Part shown: piece after piece, positions 41,899-53,100 of the stretch
Layout of the letters: each line of letters begins with the position of its first letter
Position numbering within the stretch: position 1 is the first letter of the stretch
Assembly: GCA_000002445.1 (NCBI GenBank)
Contig: CH464491.1
Coordinates: 1,920,001-1,984,000 of the forward strand
Length of the DNA: 64,000 bases
DNA from: Trypanosoma brucei
Lineage: Eukaryota
Reading direction: 5' to 3'
Translations under genes and position numbers: made by a program
The notes under the pieces: generated by a model
Databases searched by the model: none
What the model was told of the DNA's origin: nothing
What the model saw: the letters and a program-made list of their open reading frames with translations, nothing else

Positions 41899-43581
41899 TC
41901 AATATGCACATTTAGCACCTGAAACCTCACGCAGCGCATCTACGGACGAAAAATCGCCCCCCAAAAGCAGCTCCTCCACCTGCTCCATTCTCCCAGGAAG
42001 AAAAGGTACTTCCACTGCCTCACACACTTGCTGCACTGTACGCCCTGACTGTGGTGGGTACAACAGAACGACATGGCCCTCCTTCCCCATCCGCCCGGTG
42101 CGTCCCGCACAGTGAACAAATACAGAAGCTGGTGGGCATTCACCAAAGAGGATAACGTGTGTAACTTCATTTATGTGTATCCCACGACTAAGACTGTGGC
42201 TACTCACACCAACCAGTAGTAACCCTGTGTTCAACTTTTCGATAGAGCTGTTGTCCTTCACATAAACGTCCCCTTTACTTCTGCAAATGCGTTTTGGTTT
42301 TCCCTTTTCCGGGTCGAGTAACGTCTCTAATGGTGCTGCGATCTCCCGTTTGCCATTCCACCGTAACCACTTTTGTACCTCTGGGCTAGTGCTCTTCAGA
42401 GTATTTAATTGGTTAGTGACACTCCCCACCTCTTCCTGGGTTGTAAAAAGAAGTACACGCGGATTCGCCTCCTGTTTACATATTAACCGTAATATGAGTT
42501 CAAGAGAACGAGGGAGCGGATATGAGCGAGACTCCGAATAAAAGTAAAAGCTGATTGTTTGAGGAATAGTGTGCTCTACGAAGCTGGTAGTAAGCCTAAC
42601 TGCTTTGTCATTTCGCATCCACATATTAAGAGCCTGCGCCGTACGACCATCTATAGTCGCACTGGCTGCAACAATCTGAGCGGGAACCTCTTCACGACGG
42701 CTACGAAACAAGCGATCAACCAAGTTAATCCCACTGATGTGTTGCCGACCAAATCGGATGTTTCCAAATAAAACAATGTCGGCTTCATCCAAAATAACGC
42801 AGTCCACCTTTCGCCGCAGTTTCTCCCCAAGCAAGGTTGGACTGAAACGTAGCACATCGGCAACTCGCTGCGGGGTTCCCACCAACACATGAGGTTGAAT
42901 GTTATGTAGCTTGGCCAACTGCACTTCAAGCGTTATACTCTCGATAGCAACTTGAACAACCTGTTGAGTGGAGCCACAAAAATGGCGCAACCACTTGTCA
43001 TATTGAAGAGCCAATTCCTGAGTTGGGACAATAATGACAGTGTGAAGACGATAATTGATATTTTCACGAATTATTCGATTGGCACAGGCAAGTGCGATAC
43101 CAAAACTCTTTCCCGTCCCGGTTTCCGCGTGAGCGATGACATGTTTACCCTTCAGTAAGAGAGGAATGAGAGCTCCTTGTAACTCTGTGAGACGCCCGAT
43201 CCCCAGCTTCTTCAGCGCCACAACGAGTGAAATACATAATCCGGCCCCACGCGGAGCCGTTTGCGAAAAGAACAAGGGATGCGCCTCGTTGTTATTAGCT
43301 ATGTTCGCCGTCGTTGGACTTAACATTTGCGCAGAACCAAGTCGAAGTTGCACTGTCCTATGCCTCTGGGAGGCACCTGAATCCCGCGTCGCATCACGCG
43401 CGTAGAAAAACTTCTGGGATGGTGGAAGGTTAGCCGCATGCGCCTCACCACCCTGTCTCATATAGTCATCGAGAAGTGAACCAGCCGAACCGCCATACGC
43501 CGCCCGGGAACCCTTCAAATACTTCAGATATCGCACCCCAAAGGTTTTCATTAACGTTAGGCGGGTAAGCGAGGACGACAC
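41899..43581 (-). CDS. ATP-dependent DEAD-box RNA helicase (560 aa)
   Basis: Motif I AHAETGTGKS, motif II VILDEADIV (DEAD), motif III ASAT and motif VI HCAGRTGRMG. The N-terminal ~100 aa are basic and hydroxylated, a possible organellar targeting sequence. Confidence 0.85.
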   Translation of the reverse strand: MSSSLTRLTLMKTFGVRYLKYLKGSRAAYGGSAGSLLDDYMRQGGEAHAANLPPSQKFFYARDATRDSGASQRHRTVQLRLGSAQMLSPTTANIANNNEAHPLFFSQTAPRGAGLCISLVVALKKLGIGRLTELQGALIPLLLKGKHVIAHAETGTGKSFGIALACANRIIRENINYRLHTVIIVPTQELALQYDKWLRHFCGSTQQVVQVAIESITLEVQLAKLHNIQPHVLVGTPQRVADVLRFSPTLLGEKLRRKVDCVILDEADIVLFGNIRFGRQHISGINLVDRLFRSRREEVPAQIVAASATIDGRTAQALNMWMRNDKAVRLTTSFVEHTIPQTISFYFYSESRSYPLPRSLELILRLICKQEANPRVLLFTTQEEVGSVTNQLNTLKSTSPEVQKWLRWNGKREIAAPLETLLDPEKGKPKRICRSKGDVYVKDNSSIEKLNTGLLLVGVSSHSLSRGIHINEVTHVILFGECPPASVFVHCAGRTGRMGKEGHVVLLYPPQSGRTVQQVCEAVEVPFLPGRMEQVEELLLGGDFSSVDALREVSGAKCAY

Positions 43582-44112
43582 CTAAATGCATATAGCAAAA
43601 AAAAATACTAAAATCAAAGCAGACACTGAATATAAGGTAAGCTGTGATGGGGGGGGGGAGTCCAAGACTCCTTAAAAGTTACCGCATCCAACAGCATACG
43701 GTATTCAACACAAGCTAATTAATTGAAATGCTAAGCTCGAATTCAGCATGGAAATAAGTTAATCAAACAATATAACCTCAATAAATTTATGTATGTACAT
43801 GTATACCAAACAGCAAACCTCATAAAGAAAGTTTCCCTGTCAGCTGAACGTGTACAACAACTCGCAAAAAGGGAAACTACACACTGTCAACGGTGTCATC
43901 ACCCATCGCCGGAAAAAAAAAATTACACCATTAGTAGGGAAAATAATCGAAAATGGGAGTGTGGGAGGGGAAGCCGGGGCAAAACGAAGACACTAGTAGA
44001 AAAAAAACACATACCCCAACTACAACACAAATTATAACCAACAACAGCATGAGTTGAAGTGATACCGACAGCCCAACCAAGCATCCGTAAATATATCTAT
44101 TAAACAACTGTG

Positions 44113-45589
44113 TCAACCCCTCACAGTTCTCCCCTCTTGTTCACCTTGAGCAAGTTATGCCACATGTTGTGAGACTCATCAATCACCTTCATTGCGTATT
44201 CCTTGTCCTTGAATTCACCATCGAAAGCAAAATGGCTCGCTTCACCACCCTGACAAATCTTGTACACACGGAACCACTCACGGATGGCATCAAGACATCC
44301 AGGAAGGAACTTCGGTACGTCATGGATGTCTCTCAAGAAGTGACATATAGGATCGCTGTGGGATATGCAAACAACTTTCCAATCCATTTCGCCCTCGTCA
44401 ATCATTCCAAGCACACCTAGCACTTTTACTGCACTCACCTGACCGACTTTGAATTGCGTCATCCCGATCTCAACAGCATCTACGGGGTCATTGTCACCAG
44501 TCACACCAGCCTCGAATAACACCTCTGTGCTCTCCCATGTCTGTGGAAACGCACCATAGTTCCACATCATATCACCATGCTTGTAGAACCGAGGTACGCC
44601 ATTCTTGATATCCTGCTTTATGGGATTAAATGACTCTCCAGTCGCGATCTCAAACTTTGCGCGCGTCCACTTAGGGATCTCACAGATGAAATTGTAGCGA
44701 TTCATTGGTGTCGCCTCGGGCTTTGTTCGCACAAGATCACGTACATACAGCGGGATGTCATGCCACGGCGATACCTGCCGCTCCCTACCGGTTTCCAAAT
44801 CCCTGAAGAAGTACAGTACGCGGTAGCTGGGTGTGTACATTTCACCTTTCTCGTGCACAACCAACTGCTGCTGGTGATACGGCATGGAGAAATCGGCAGA
44901 CACCATCGAGAAACATTTCGTCCTGGAATGTACAGGATGGGAACACCACCACGCCCAAAACTTCTCAAATGTCACGTGACCATCGATAGCATTGATTTCA
45001 GCTTTCATGGCCTTCACATCCCCATCGCTCATGTTACGGCCCAAGTACCTGCATACCTCTTCCACTTTGTCAGGCGTGAGGTAGCCAAGATGCGTCACAT
45101 CGAATGCTGAGAATAATCGACTCATGATCTTTTTGATCATTGGTTGAGTGAAATCATCCTTGTCGTAGGCGGCAAGATCCAGTTCGCTCACCTTCCGGTC
45201 AACCGCCTCCTGAATAGGCTCTGCGACGTCGGCCTCAGAACCCCTGCCGGTACTTATGTTGGTACCATGCAATGCCGAGACAGGCAGCCCCGCCACTTCG
45301 GCAGAAGCCAAATCTTGGGGAGACGTTCGATCACTGCGCGAATCCACACCGTGTGTGTTGTTCATATCTACAGTTGGCACTTTAAAAGGCGGAAGAGGGA
45401 AAGCAATTGATTAAAACACAAAGTACATAGAAACAACGACATATTCCGGCGTGATAATTGTATCGCATACCAACTTCTTCCACTCCAAAATACTCGCAGC
45501 TTAGACACTCAAATGCTTTGCTTAGCGATGCTTAACGCTGCCTGCATGCGCGCCAGAGTTCTTCTTCTGCTGTCGACCTCACTGGCTAG
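44113..45589. repeat. segmental direct repeat copy B (1477 bp)
   Basis: Pairs with 39279-40755. The copies are near-identical: 8 aa-changing substitutions clustered near both ends of the CDS, and two mismatches were noted in the shared 5' flank (c/t near 40575/45409, g/a near 40630/45464). Confidence 0.9.
44121..45380 (-). CDS. VSP1: soluble inorganic pyrophosphatase with N-terminal EF-hand domain (VSP1 type), copy B
   Basis: 419 aa, identical to copy A except F33V, S36L, L37H near the N-terminus and K/E, N/S, R/H, M/L, K/R changes in residues ~385-395. Confidence 0.9.
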   Translation of the reverse strand: MPTVDMNNTHGVDSRSDRTSPQDLASAEVAGLPVSALHGTNISTGRGSEADVAEPIQEAVDRKVSELDLAAYDKDDFTQPMIKKIMSRLFSAFDVTHLGYLTPDKVEEVCRYLGRNMSDGDVKAMKAEINAIDGHVTFEKFWAWWCSHPVHSRTKCFSMVSADFSMPYHQQQLVVHEKGEMYTPSYRVLYFFRDLETGRERQVSPWHDIPLYVRDLVRTKPEATPMNRYNFICEIPKWTRAKFEIATGESFNPIKQDIKNGVPRFYKHGDMMWNYGAFPQTWESTEVLFEAGVTGDNDPVDAVEIGMTQFKVGQVSAVKVLGVLGMIDEGEMDWKVVCISHSDPICHFLRDIHDVPKFLPGCLDAIREWFRVYKICQGGEASHFAFDGEFKDKEYAMKVIDESHNMWHNLLKVNKRGEL

Positions 45590-45943
45590 ATACGCACGCA
45601 ATGCAACTCGAGCACACTGTAAGTTTTTTGCGCGAATTTCACTCTGCAGCAGTGCCACATGGCGGCCAAGTGCAATAACTTTCTGTTGAGTCGCAAAGGA
45701 AGCGGTGACAGCGCTATCCTCATCCACCGGCGTAGTTGTTACCTCGACAACTTGCACAAAGAGTTCTCTGAGCTCCCTTGTTCTCTCCAGAAGTTGTGAT
45801 ACGGTGGCCAACGCTCCCTGTTCCACGTGGTTTGCATCTTCACATCCATTTTTGTCCTTACCACTGTAGTTGTGATTCCGTGACATGAGTGCAACGTTCC
45901 GGAGCACCTCCGGGATGTGTTGCCACCGCAACTCTTCGGACAT
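45509..45943 (-). CDS. possible small helical protein (144 aa). Uncertain.
   Basis: ORF with coding-like composition (QLLERTRELRELFVQVVEV...). Its last ~27 codons lie inside the copy-B repeat flank, i.e. it spans the repeat/unique junction. An alternative overlapping 216-aa ORF in another frame was rejected. Confidence 0.3.
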   Translation of the reverse strand: MSEELRWQHIPEVLRNVALMSRNHNYSGKDKNGCEDANHVEQGALATVSQLLERTRELRELFVQVVEVTTTPVDEDSAVTASFATQQKVIALGRHVALLQSEIRAKNLQCARVALRAYLASEVDSRRRTLARMQAALSIAKQSI

Positions 45944-46854
45944 TGCTGTTGGTGCGTGCGCACAAGTTGCAGTACTGTTCTAAAACAAGGAGACATGAAC
46001 GAGAGGTAGAGGTTGAGGACACCATAGGGAAGGTGCGTGATCACAGTGCCGCTGAATTGCGCAATGCAAGAACCGATAATAATGAAAAAGATATGGTTTA
46101 ACGGCGTACACACCGCAACAGGCAGTTTCATCCTGGGTAAACAATCGATGGTGCTGCCATGTGCACACAGCAGAAATTTCCTCCCGGTATCAAGGCACAT
46201 GCACGAGCATCGTTTACACCAGAATCTATCGGATTTGACGTTCGACGACACATAAACGTGGAAAGAGTTTTTGTTACACTTTGAAGACAAATGAACAATT
46301 CTGCGCGCCCTGCCTCCGAAAAGGTGACAAGTTAAATACAGCGGCATCGGCACTTGCAAAGGCGCGAAGCTCAAAAAAAATTGAAACACTTATATCGGGA
46401 GGAAACCCCGAAACTAACGGGGCCCCATTTACTCCCCTTCCTCAGTTGTATAGCGGAAAACCAAACATAAAAAAGTTGGCTTGTGAGGATGAGCATCCCT
46501 ACCCCGTGTGTCTCCTCTTTACTAGAGGAACGCATTATGCTAGCTATGAAGTATATGTGTACCTTCCTTCTTTGCCTCAAGAATAGTGCACACCCCTGCA
46601 CGTCGTTAAGAAGAGAAAGATAATGTGCGGTGGTTTGAGTATAACAATTCAGGCCCCACGGGTATTTTACCACGAACAGTGAAAAGCGACTTACACACAC
46701 TAAGTATTATTCTTTTACCTTTACTCACGTGAAGGAGGCTCACTATCTTATCCCGCTAGAGTAGGTGGAATCCAGAGGGAGTCAAAGGGGCGCAGCGGAC
46801 ATCCCTTCGCCTCGCAACTACGACCAAATGACCACCAATACCTCACCCAGCTGA

Positions 46855-47466
46855 TCACCGAGCGCCGATGTGGGACGAACTTAAAACGCGGTTCATCCAC
46901 AGGCCGTCACCAAGGTGATGAATGTTTTCAATCCCCGGACCGTTATTAACTCTCTCTATTTCCTCTGATGACATCAGCATGCGACCAACGGCAATCGCAT
47001 GCTCCTTTTGTTCGACGTGGATGGCTACGATAGCTCCAGCAGCCAGTCCTGGTGTTATGTACCCGCCCTCCGATGTGAGACCAGGGCACATAACATTAGC
47101 CCCTGAAACAACATACTTGCAGCCACCAATATCTACCTGTTGTCGGGGCAAAATAAAAGGATACTTGTGCAACAACTTCAGATGGGGAATGTAGGGACTG
47201 TTATGATGCCTGAAGAATAGTACTTCTGGCTGCGAACTGACCAGTGTAACGCAGTGCACCTGGTCGTGGCAGCGTACCAACATGATATCCGCCTTCTTCG
47301 GCATGATATCCTCCCAGAAGTCTGCAAGCAGCGGGTACTGTTCAGTGAGTTCTCCGCGGATTTGAGACTGCTCTTTGTTGCTAATGTTGGCTATTTGTGC
47401 CACATTCTGCAATGTGAACTTCTTAAAGAGGTCGGCGGAAGACAAGTGGCGGTTCTCCTGTTGCAT
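46855..47466 (-). CDS. MCT-1/TMA20-family translation-associated protein with PUA domain
   Basis: LFKKF, IMPKKADIMLVRCHDQVHCVTLVSSQPEVLFFRHHNSPYIPHLKLLHKYPFILPRQQVDIGGCKYVVSGANVMCPGLTSEGG...IENIHHLGDGLW aligns nearly residue-for-residue with human MCTS1. Confidence 0.85.
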   Translation of the reverse strand: MQQENRHLSSADLFKKFTLQNVAQIANISNKEQSQIRGELTEQYPLLADFWEDIMPKKADIMLVRCHDQVHCVTLVSSQPEVLFFRHHNSPYIPHLKLLHKYPFILPRQQVDIGGCKYVVSGANVMCPGLTSEGGYITPGLAAGAIVAIHVEQKEHAIAVGRMLMSSEEIERVNNGPGIENIHHLGDGLWMNRVLSSSHIGAR

Positions 47467-47744
47467 ACCTCGTTCTCTTCTTTTCGGTGGCTGCGCGCTA
47501 AAGGTACTTACTAGGTATTCGGTGACGGGATGAAGGTGCGCTCAGAGTACAGTATGCAGCGGCAAAGGCAGGTACACAAGAACAGAACCGGCAGAAACAG
47601 GGGGGAAGTAGCGATGGCGTAATAGTGTTGACAGCAAACGTGAGTCCTTAGAGAATTAAAGCTCCCCCTCCCCCCGAGGGAGGGAATGCCGGGACTTTTG
47701 CGCTTATTTATCACACGCTCCGCCAGGGTAGTGTTAACAACAAT

Positions 47745-49373
47745 TTACAAGACAGCACTTGATATTGTCGAACCCTCTTCCTGATCTTCCTCCAACAGTA
47801 GTCGCAGTTCCTTTTGTGTCTCGAGCAACATCATCGACGAAGGTTGTATCTGCGACGAAATCTCGTGGATATCCGATTCACTATTGTCCCTACTTGCACA
47901 CTTGTGCTTTGGCAGTAGGCGCACCATTACAGGGCGTCCACATTTTTCACAGTTGACGAAGCGGTGGTCGCACTCTGCCTCGTGGTCGCTCAGTGAGGAA
48001 GGGGGAAAGCGCTGATTGCAGTGTCGACATGAACACTCCTTGCCATTTGTCGCAGCGCTCGACCCCAGTGGCGCGACGGACGAGGACGAGGAGCACTGTT
48101 GTTGCCGCAGTTGCTGCTGCTTTATCATAAACTCTTTGTTTAACCGCTCGGTCACTGTTACCACCTGGGAGTCTAACATCTGCTGCGCTTCCTCCTTCCA
48201 CTTGGCGAGAAACGTCTTGACCTCCTGAAGTTCCTGCTCCTTCTCCTTCGAAACAGAGTCACACAGATTGTTCATCCACTGTCCTACGCCTTGGACAATC
48301 GCCTTGGTTTCGTCCACATTAGACTTCATTGCATTGCTAAGAGATGAATGCACAGCTTCACAAGACATGGTTATTTGCCTCTGGGCAGCTTCTACCTCCG
48401 CCCGAAGCTTCTCTATGGCACCAACTGCTAGAACAACCTCTGGTTGAGCAGGCTCCTCACTCTTTCGGGGAGTGTGATGAAGGGACGGGGTTTTGGACAA
48501 TCGTACCCTCCTTTCTTCACCTTGTAGACACAGCAATGACTCCCGCTCCGCACAACAGGAAGTGGTATTACTAACGCTCAATCCACTGCAACTTTGACTA
48601 TGTCGGCGCAGTTGATCGTTTGGTGCGTCCAAGAGGACTTCTGTTCGGGTTTGTTTCAACATTTTCCCAAAATTGTGGCCTCTCTGCAAGTCGTTTCTAT
48701 CGGCTCCTTCCCGTTGCCTTTGGTGTGCCGGCGGTGAGGAGATACCGTTATCGGCTCGTTTTCCTGCTTTCATCCCTCCCTGTTTATGCTGCGCTGCCGC
48801 AAGAAGAGAAACATTTTCCTGAAAGAGCGTGCGCTCGTCCCGGAGCTCCTTCTCCAGACATCGCACCTTCGACTCCGCTTGTAAGGCTCGGGACTCTAAA
48901 GTCCGACACGTTACTTTGAGAGCATCACGCTCCTCCCGCAGCCTCGACTGTTCCCTACGTGACGCCTCCAGCTTCTCTTCCAGCCTCCCCATACTATTTG
49001 AACTGATTCGCTTAGCGGCGTCGCAGGTTCGCTTTTCGAGTAGCTCACCTTTCATTACAGATTGTGACCACAGGACAAACTGCAAAGAAAGCTGTAGGAG
49101 ACTCAGCAGCTGATGCATATCTGTTTCGCTTGTATTCGCAACCACCGCGGTGCTAACATCACACTCGGCAACAAGTGAAATCAGGTTCTTCATCAACTGC
49201 AAATCTGGTGCAACAGTATGATGGGCAGCAACGTTGACGCTGCGTAGATGTGCCCATGGTATGTCGCGCGTCCCAGCTATGTAGCGAAAAGCTCGAAGCT
49301 GCTCTTTCACACTCATGAATGCAGTAATATCGCTAATAGGCAAGTATCTGTAGCCCCGCAAATCAGTGGACAC
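47745..49373 (-). CDS. coiled-coil protein with C-terminal TRAF-type zinc-finger-like Cys/His cluster (542 aa)
   Basis: Long heptad region (LEEKLEASRREQSRLREERDALKVTCRTLESRALQAESKVRCLEKELRDE). C-terminal CSCRHCNQRFPPSSLSDHEAECDHRFVNCEKCGRPV spacing resembles TRAF-type zinc fingers. Confidence 0.65.
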   Translation of the reverse strand: MSTDLRGYRYLPISDITAFMSVKEQLRAFRYIAGTRDIPWAHLRSVNVAAHHTVAPDLQLMKNLISLVAECDVSTAVVANTSETDMHQLLSLLQLSLQFVLWSQSVMKGELLEKRTCDAAKRISSNSMGRLEEKLEASRREQSRLREERDALKVTCRTLESRALQAESKVRCLEKELRDERTLFQENVSLLAAAQHKQGGMKAGKRADNGISSPPAHQRQREGADRNDLQRGHNFGKMLKQTRTEVLLDAPNDQLRRHSQSCSGLSVSNTTSCCAERESLLCLQGEERRVRLSKTPSLHHTPRKSEEPAQPEVVLAVGAIEKLRAEVEAAQRQITMSCEAVHSSLSNAMKSNVDETKAIVQGVGQWMNNLCDSVSKEKEQELQEVKTFLAKWKEEAQQMLDSQVVTVTERLNKEFMIKQQQLRQQQCSSSSSVAPLGSSAATNGKECSCRHCNQRFPPSSLSDHEAECDHRFVNCEKCGRPVMVRLLPKHKCASRDNSESDIHEISSQIQPSSMMLLETQKELRLLLEEDQEEGSTISSAVL

Positions 49374-50181
49374 ACTCTCAAGGCGGCTATGTCAGTCTCC
49401 CGAATACCACTAAACGACTGCCACAATACTATGTCTTGATAGAGAAATAGAAGAACTACACATTTAAAGAATGCACTGCGATTTGCGCACGGAGCAGTAG
49501 CCCAATAGAACCAGATACACGGAATAATGGGGAGGCTACAAGGGGTTCACGGTGGACTGAGCAAACCCCTTTAGCAAACATAAGTTGCTACCAGAGTGAT
49601 CTATTCCACCCACTCACACACGCGGTGCAAAAAACAAAAAACGTCATCGTAATCCCGGCACCACCAAGCAAAGGGACAAAACACTCTGATCTTCGTGTAG
49701 AGCTTTTTCTTTTTACCTCACACAACGAGTAAGCAAAGCGTACAACCATGGAAAGAGCGGTTCTCACCCTAAACCAGGCCGTCACATAGCTGGTCCCCGC
49801 ACACACAGATATATGTGTTTTAATATAGTGTCAAAAACACTTGAGAGGGAGAAAGGGTTGAGGACAAAAAAATTGTTGGAAGGACATCCAATAAAAGGGA
49901 ACATAACCGAGTAAACGAAGCCAGCGAGAAAAACAACATGGGACGCAACTGAACGTCTAATAGAAAGAACCACCAACTCGGGTTGCAATGGGGGGGGGGC
50001 TTTCGAGACGTTGGCGGCCCCTCAGCACCCATCGGGAGTCACGGTACAAAAAGCAACGCTCAAGAAGGGAAGAACAACTCTGCACCTCGTTCTCGGATTT
50101 TCCAACGTTGCAAGAGTGCACGCCGCCACCTTGAGAGCAACCATCCGCGATGTTCAGCCCATCAACCGTCAGACATGGATG

Positions 50182-53100
50182 CTATAAAGTTCGCTTTAGC
50201 GCGGCCTCCTTATTTGCGATCCACGCTAACAGATCATCCGCAATTTGCGTCGGGTTCAGGGGGAACCGGTGAGCAACGGTCATCTCACTGATTGATGCTG
50301 CAATGCGCTGCTTCCACTGGGGTATATGGGTTGCGCAAATTTGTTCAAACTCCTTTACACAAGCGCGTAACTCAGTTAGGTCACTGGAGCCCCCATCCCC
50401 AATTCCAGCGTGAATGGCTTGTTCTATGTTCATTTGAGCAGTAATAGCAGCCTGAGTTATTACAGTACTTAACACACTGCGAGTAACAGACACTTGTAGC
50501 ACCGCCAATAGTTTTGGAATAGTTCCGATGATGAAATCCATTGCGGCAATCAGCCCTCCATTTTCTACATTTACTTCGTCACCACTAAAAACCGTCCCCA
50601 CTCCTGATTCTACACTATGGGAAACCGTACCCTGGCGGACTGCGACGAGCCGCTTCCAGTGATTTACGTCGGCTGTTGGTTTTAGCCGTTCTTCCACCTC
50701 CCTCATGAACGACGGGAGCAGCCTCCCGATACCATTCTGTACCTCCTTCGCGAAAAGGGACGACGATGAGTCGAGGAGTTGTGGCTCCCCTAGCTTCTTT
50801 CGTCTGTGTAGTCCGCCGTAGTCACCTGGCCAAGCAAGCACAAATTGCTGTTCCACACATGAGAGAATAATGGGCATGACAGCACACGATGTTACATACA
50901 CTGCAAGTTTCATCATTGCGTTACCTTCTACTGACGCCAAATGGCCTTGCATCACGCCCGCTACGGTGCGGAACAGTACGGAGAGGTACTTCAGCAACAT
51001 CTCATCCACGTTATTGAACTCGGACTGCCGCGCCACGGCTCCGTTGTTCACCTCAATTATAGAGTGGCAGCGCGCCAAGAACCGAAGCGCCGTTTCACCA
51101 ATTTTTGGGACGAGCAGAGCATATGGGAGTACGACTTCCCCAGCACTGAGGTCGCCAGAAGGGATGAAAAGTTCGATATCTTTGTAGCGGTCAAACGAGA
51201 ACCGCTTGACGTATGCGTTATATTCCTCGTCCGTTCCCACAGATATTGGCTGCAACGTGTCATTAGACACAATCTGTGATGCTTCCACACAGGCTTCCTG
51301 CAGCCATGTACTAATAATACTGTCGCTCATAACTTCCAACATACGTGAAACGATGACGGGACTTAGACGGACACTGACAACGGAGTCGACAGCGATATTG
51401 ACGAAACGTCGTAGCAAACGAAACACATCTACCACGTGCTCTGTGTAGTCGGGATCATTTGCCAGCGCTGATGTAACGCAACGTGCTCGCTCAGCTATGG
51501 CATGCGAAATTTGATCCCACATGCAAAGTACCTCCGCCGTTGACTGCATGTGTGGATCCGTAACGTGATATACAATGTCCTCAATAAGAATAAAGCCAAG
51601 GGCAGTGGCGCAATATGTGTTTAAATCCTCAACAAGTGCTTTTCCGCTAACCCCCTCCGTATGCAGAGGTGTGTCGTAAAGGTCGAGCTTCGCTTGTTGC
51701 GCGCGGCAATCTATGTAATAGTTTCGATAATACGCTCCACACCGAAGTTCCTCAAATACTTCCTGCATGGCGGCCCCTCGTAGCACCTTCGAAATACCCT
51801 CGGCTTCAGCGAATGGAGCCCGTCTAATGAACGCTGATGTACAGCTTAGCTCCACCCACCACTCACCCTCATCTGTCATGTGTAATTCCTTTTCTACAGA
51901 TCCGGGGTCCACGGTACCCCTCCATGTCATTGCAGCCGTGCCAATGGGCAGCGACATTTCACGCAGAAGTTTCAGCCACGCGTTGAGGTGCTGAATCGCA
52001 CATGTAAAGATCTCATGCGCTATCTGAGGTACACGCTGATTTATAACATAGTCACCTAAAGTATACTCAATTAGTGGTGTTGCCATCTGAAGGAGCTGCT
52101 TAAGTGAAACAACGGCACCGAGAAGCTGCTGCTGGCGGAGGCGCGCTTCAGTTGTTTCCAGATGCTCAGCAACCTCAAGAGCCCCATGCAGGAGCAGACG
52201 TACGCGCGCCACGTTATCCTTCACACGACGGGAGAGAGTGAGTTCTGCAGCCGCGACCTTCATGTCCATCGCGGAAGAACGGACAAGCTCAATGGCACCG
52301 CTGAGTTCCTGCCCAACTAGCTTAGCATCATCCTCAGAAATCGAAGTGCACTGACGTGCCGCCTGCAGAAACACCGGATAGTGACGTTCACAGAGCTTCT
52401 CTACCTGACCTTTATTCTCGTTAATGAAGGTCGCTATGTCTTCCAACAGAACATCTTCCTCATTCCTAATATACGCATTCTTCAAGGTGCTATAATCGGT
52501 AAACTCTCCATCGACAATTGATGTCACCGCCAGGTACCGTGACGGGGCTTTTTGAAACAAGCTACTCTGTTCCCCGTCGCGCTGCCGAGAGAGAGCGGCC
52601 CGCTGTTGTTGCCCCTGTCCCCACACAGGGCCCCCGTCCTCTTCTTCCTCTTCTTCCTCCTCTTCACTCTCCCCACTGTCGGGATCTTTTGAGGTAACAG
52701 CTTTTTCATCAGCATATAACTCCCGCATACTCACTGATTGTATTTCATCTTTAGCAAGTTGCTCCGCGCGTAACCGCGCGTCGCATGTGAGTTCCATTAG
52801 ACGTTGCTCGACTTCCCGCAAATCCACAAAGGCCGTTCCGAATAACATCACAGAACGGAAATCATCGCCAGATGCATTCTTCCCGTTGACTACGGCGCCT
52901 CCAGCACCATTTTCCGTTTCCTCAAAGTTGGTATCCGATTCAATAAGCAAGACGTTGTCCCGAAGGGATGCAGTTAAGCGGATATTGGGCCACCGTGCAT
53001 AGAAACGCATTCCCTTGACCTTTAGTAGGTAGAGATAAAACGGTGTTGCAGCAAGCAGCACCTTCTTCTTCCTTCCATGTCTGTGGATACGTAATGGCCC

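Noticed and set aside
41601-41939. 112-aa and 103-aa minus-strand ORFs (41323..41634, 41601..41939) in the spacer downstream of the helicase
   Set aside because: They overlap the helicase stop region or each other and are short, with no motifs and a Cys/Arg-rich composition.
39279-45589. Possibility that the 1477-bp direct repeats are a CRISPR-like array or the LTRs of a mobile element
   Set aside because: The repeats are whole protein-coding genes (pyrophosphatase) with native flanks. There are no target-site duplications, no terminal inverted repeats and no transposase or RT ORF between them. The intervening gene is a housekeeping DEAD-box helicase.
45739-46389. 216-aa minus-strand ORF overlapping the 144-aa candidate in another frame
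   Set aside because: Cys/Phe/His-rich with an implausible composition (e.g. CKRCSCMCLDTGRKFLLCAHGS). It extends into AT-rich spacer. The alternative frame looks more protein-like.
47670-47690. Apparent palindrome ccctccccccgagggaggg
   Set aside because: The arms are imperfect on careful reading (ccctcccc vs ccctccctc), so it was not reported as a hairpin.
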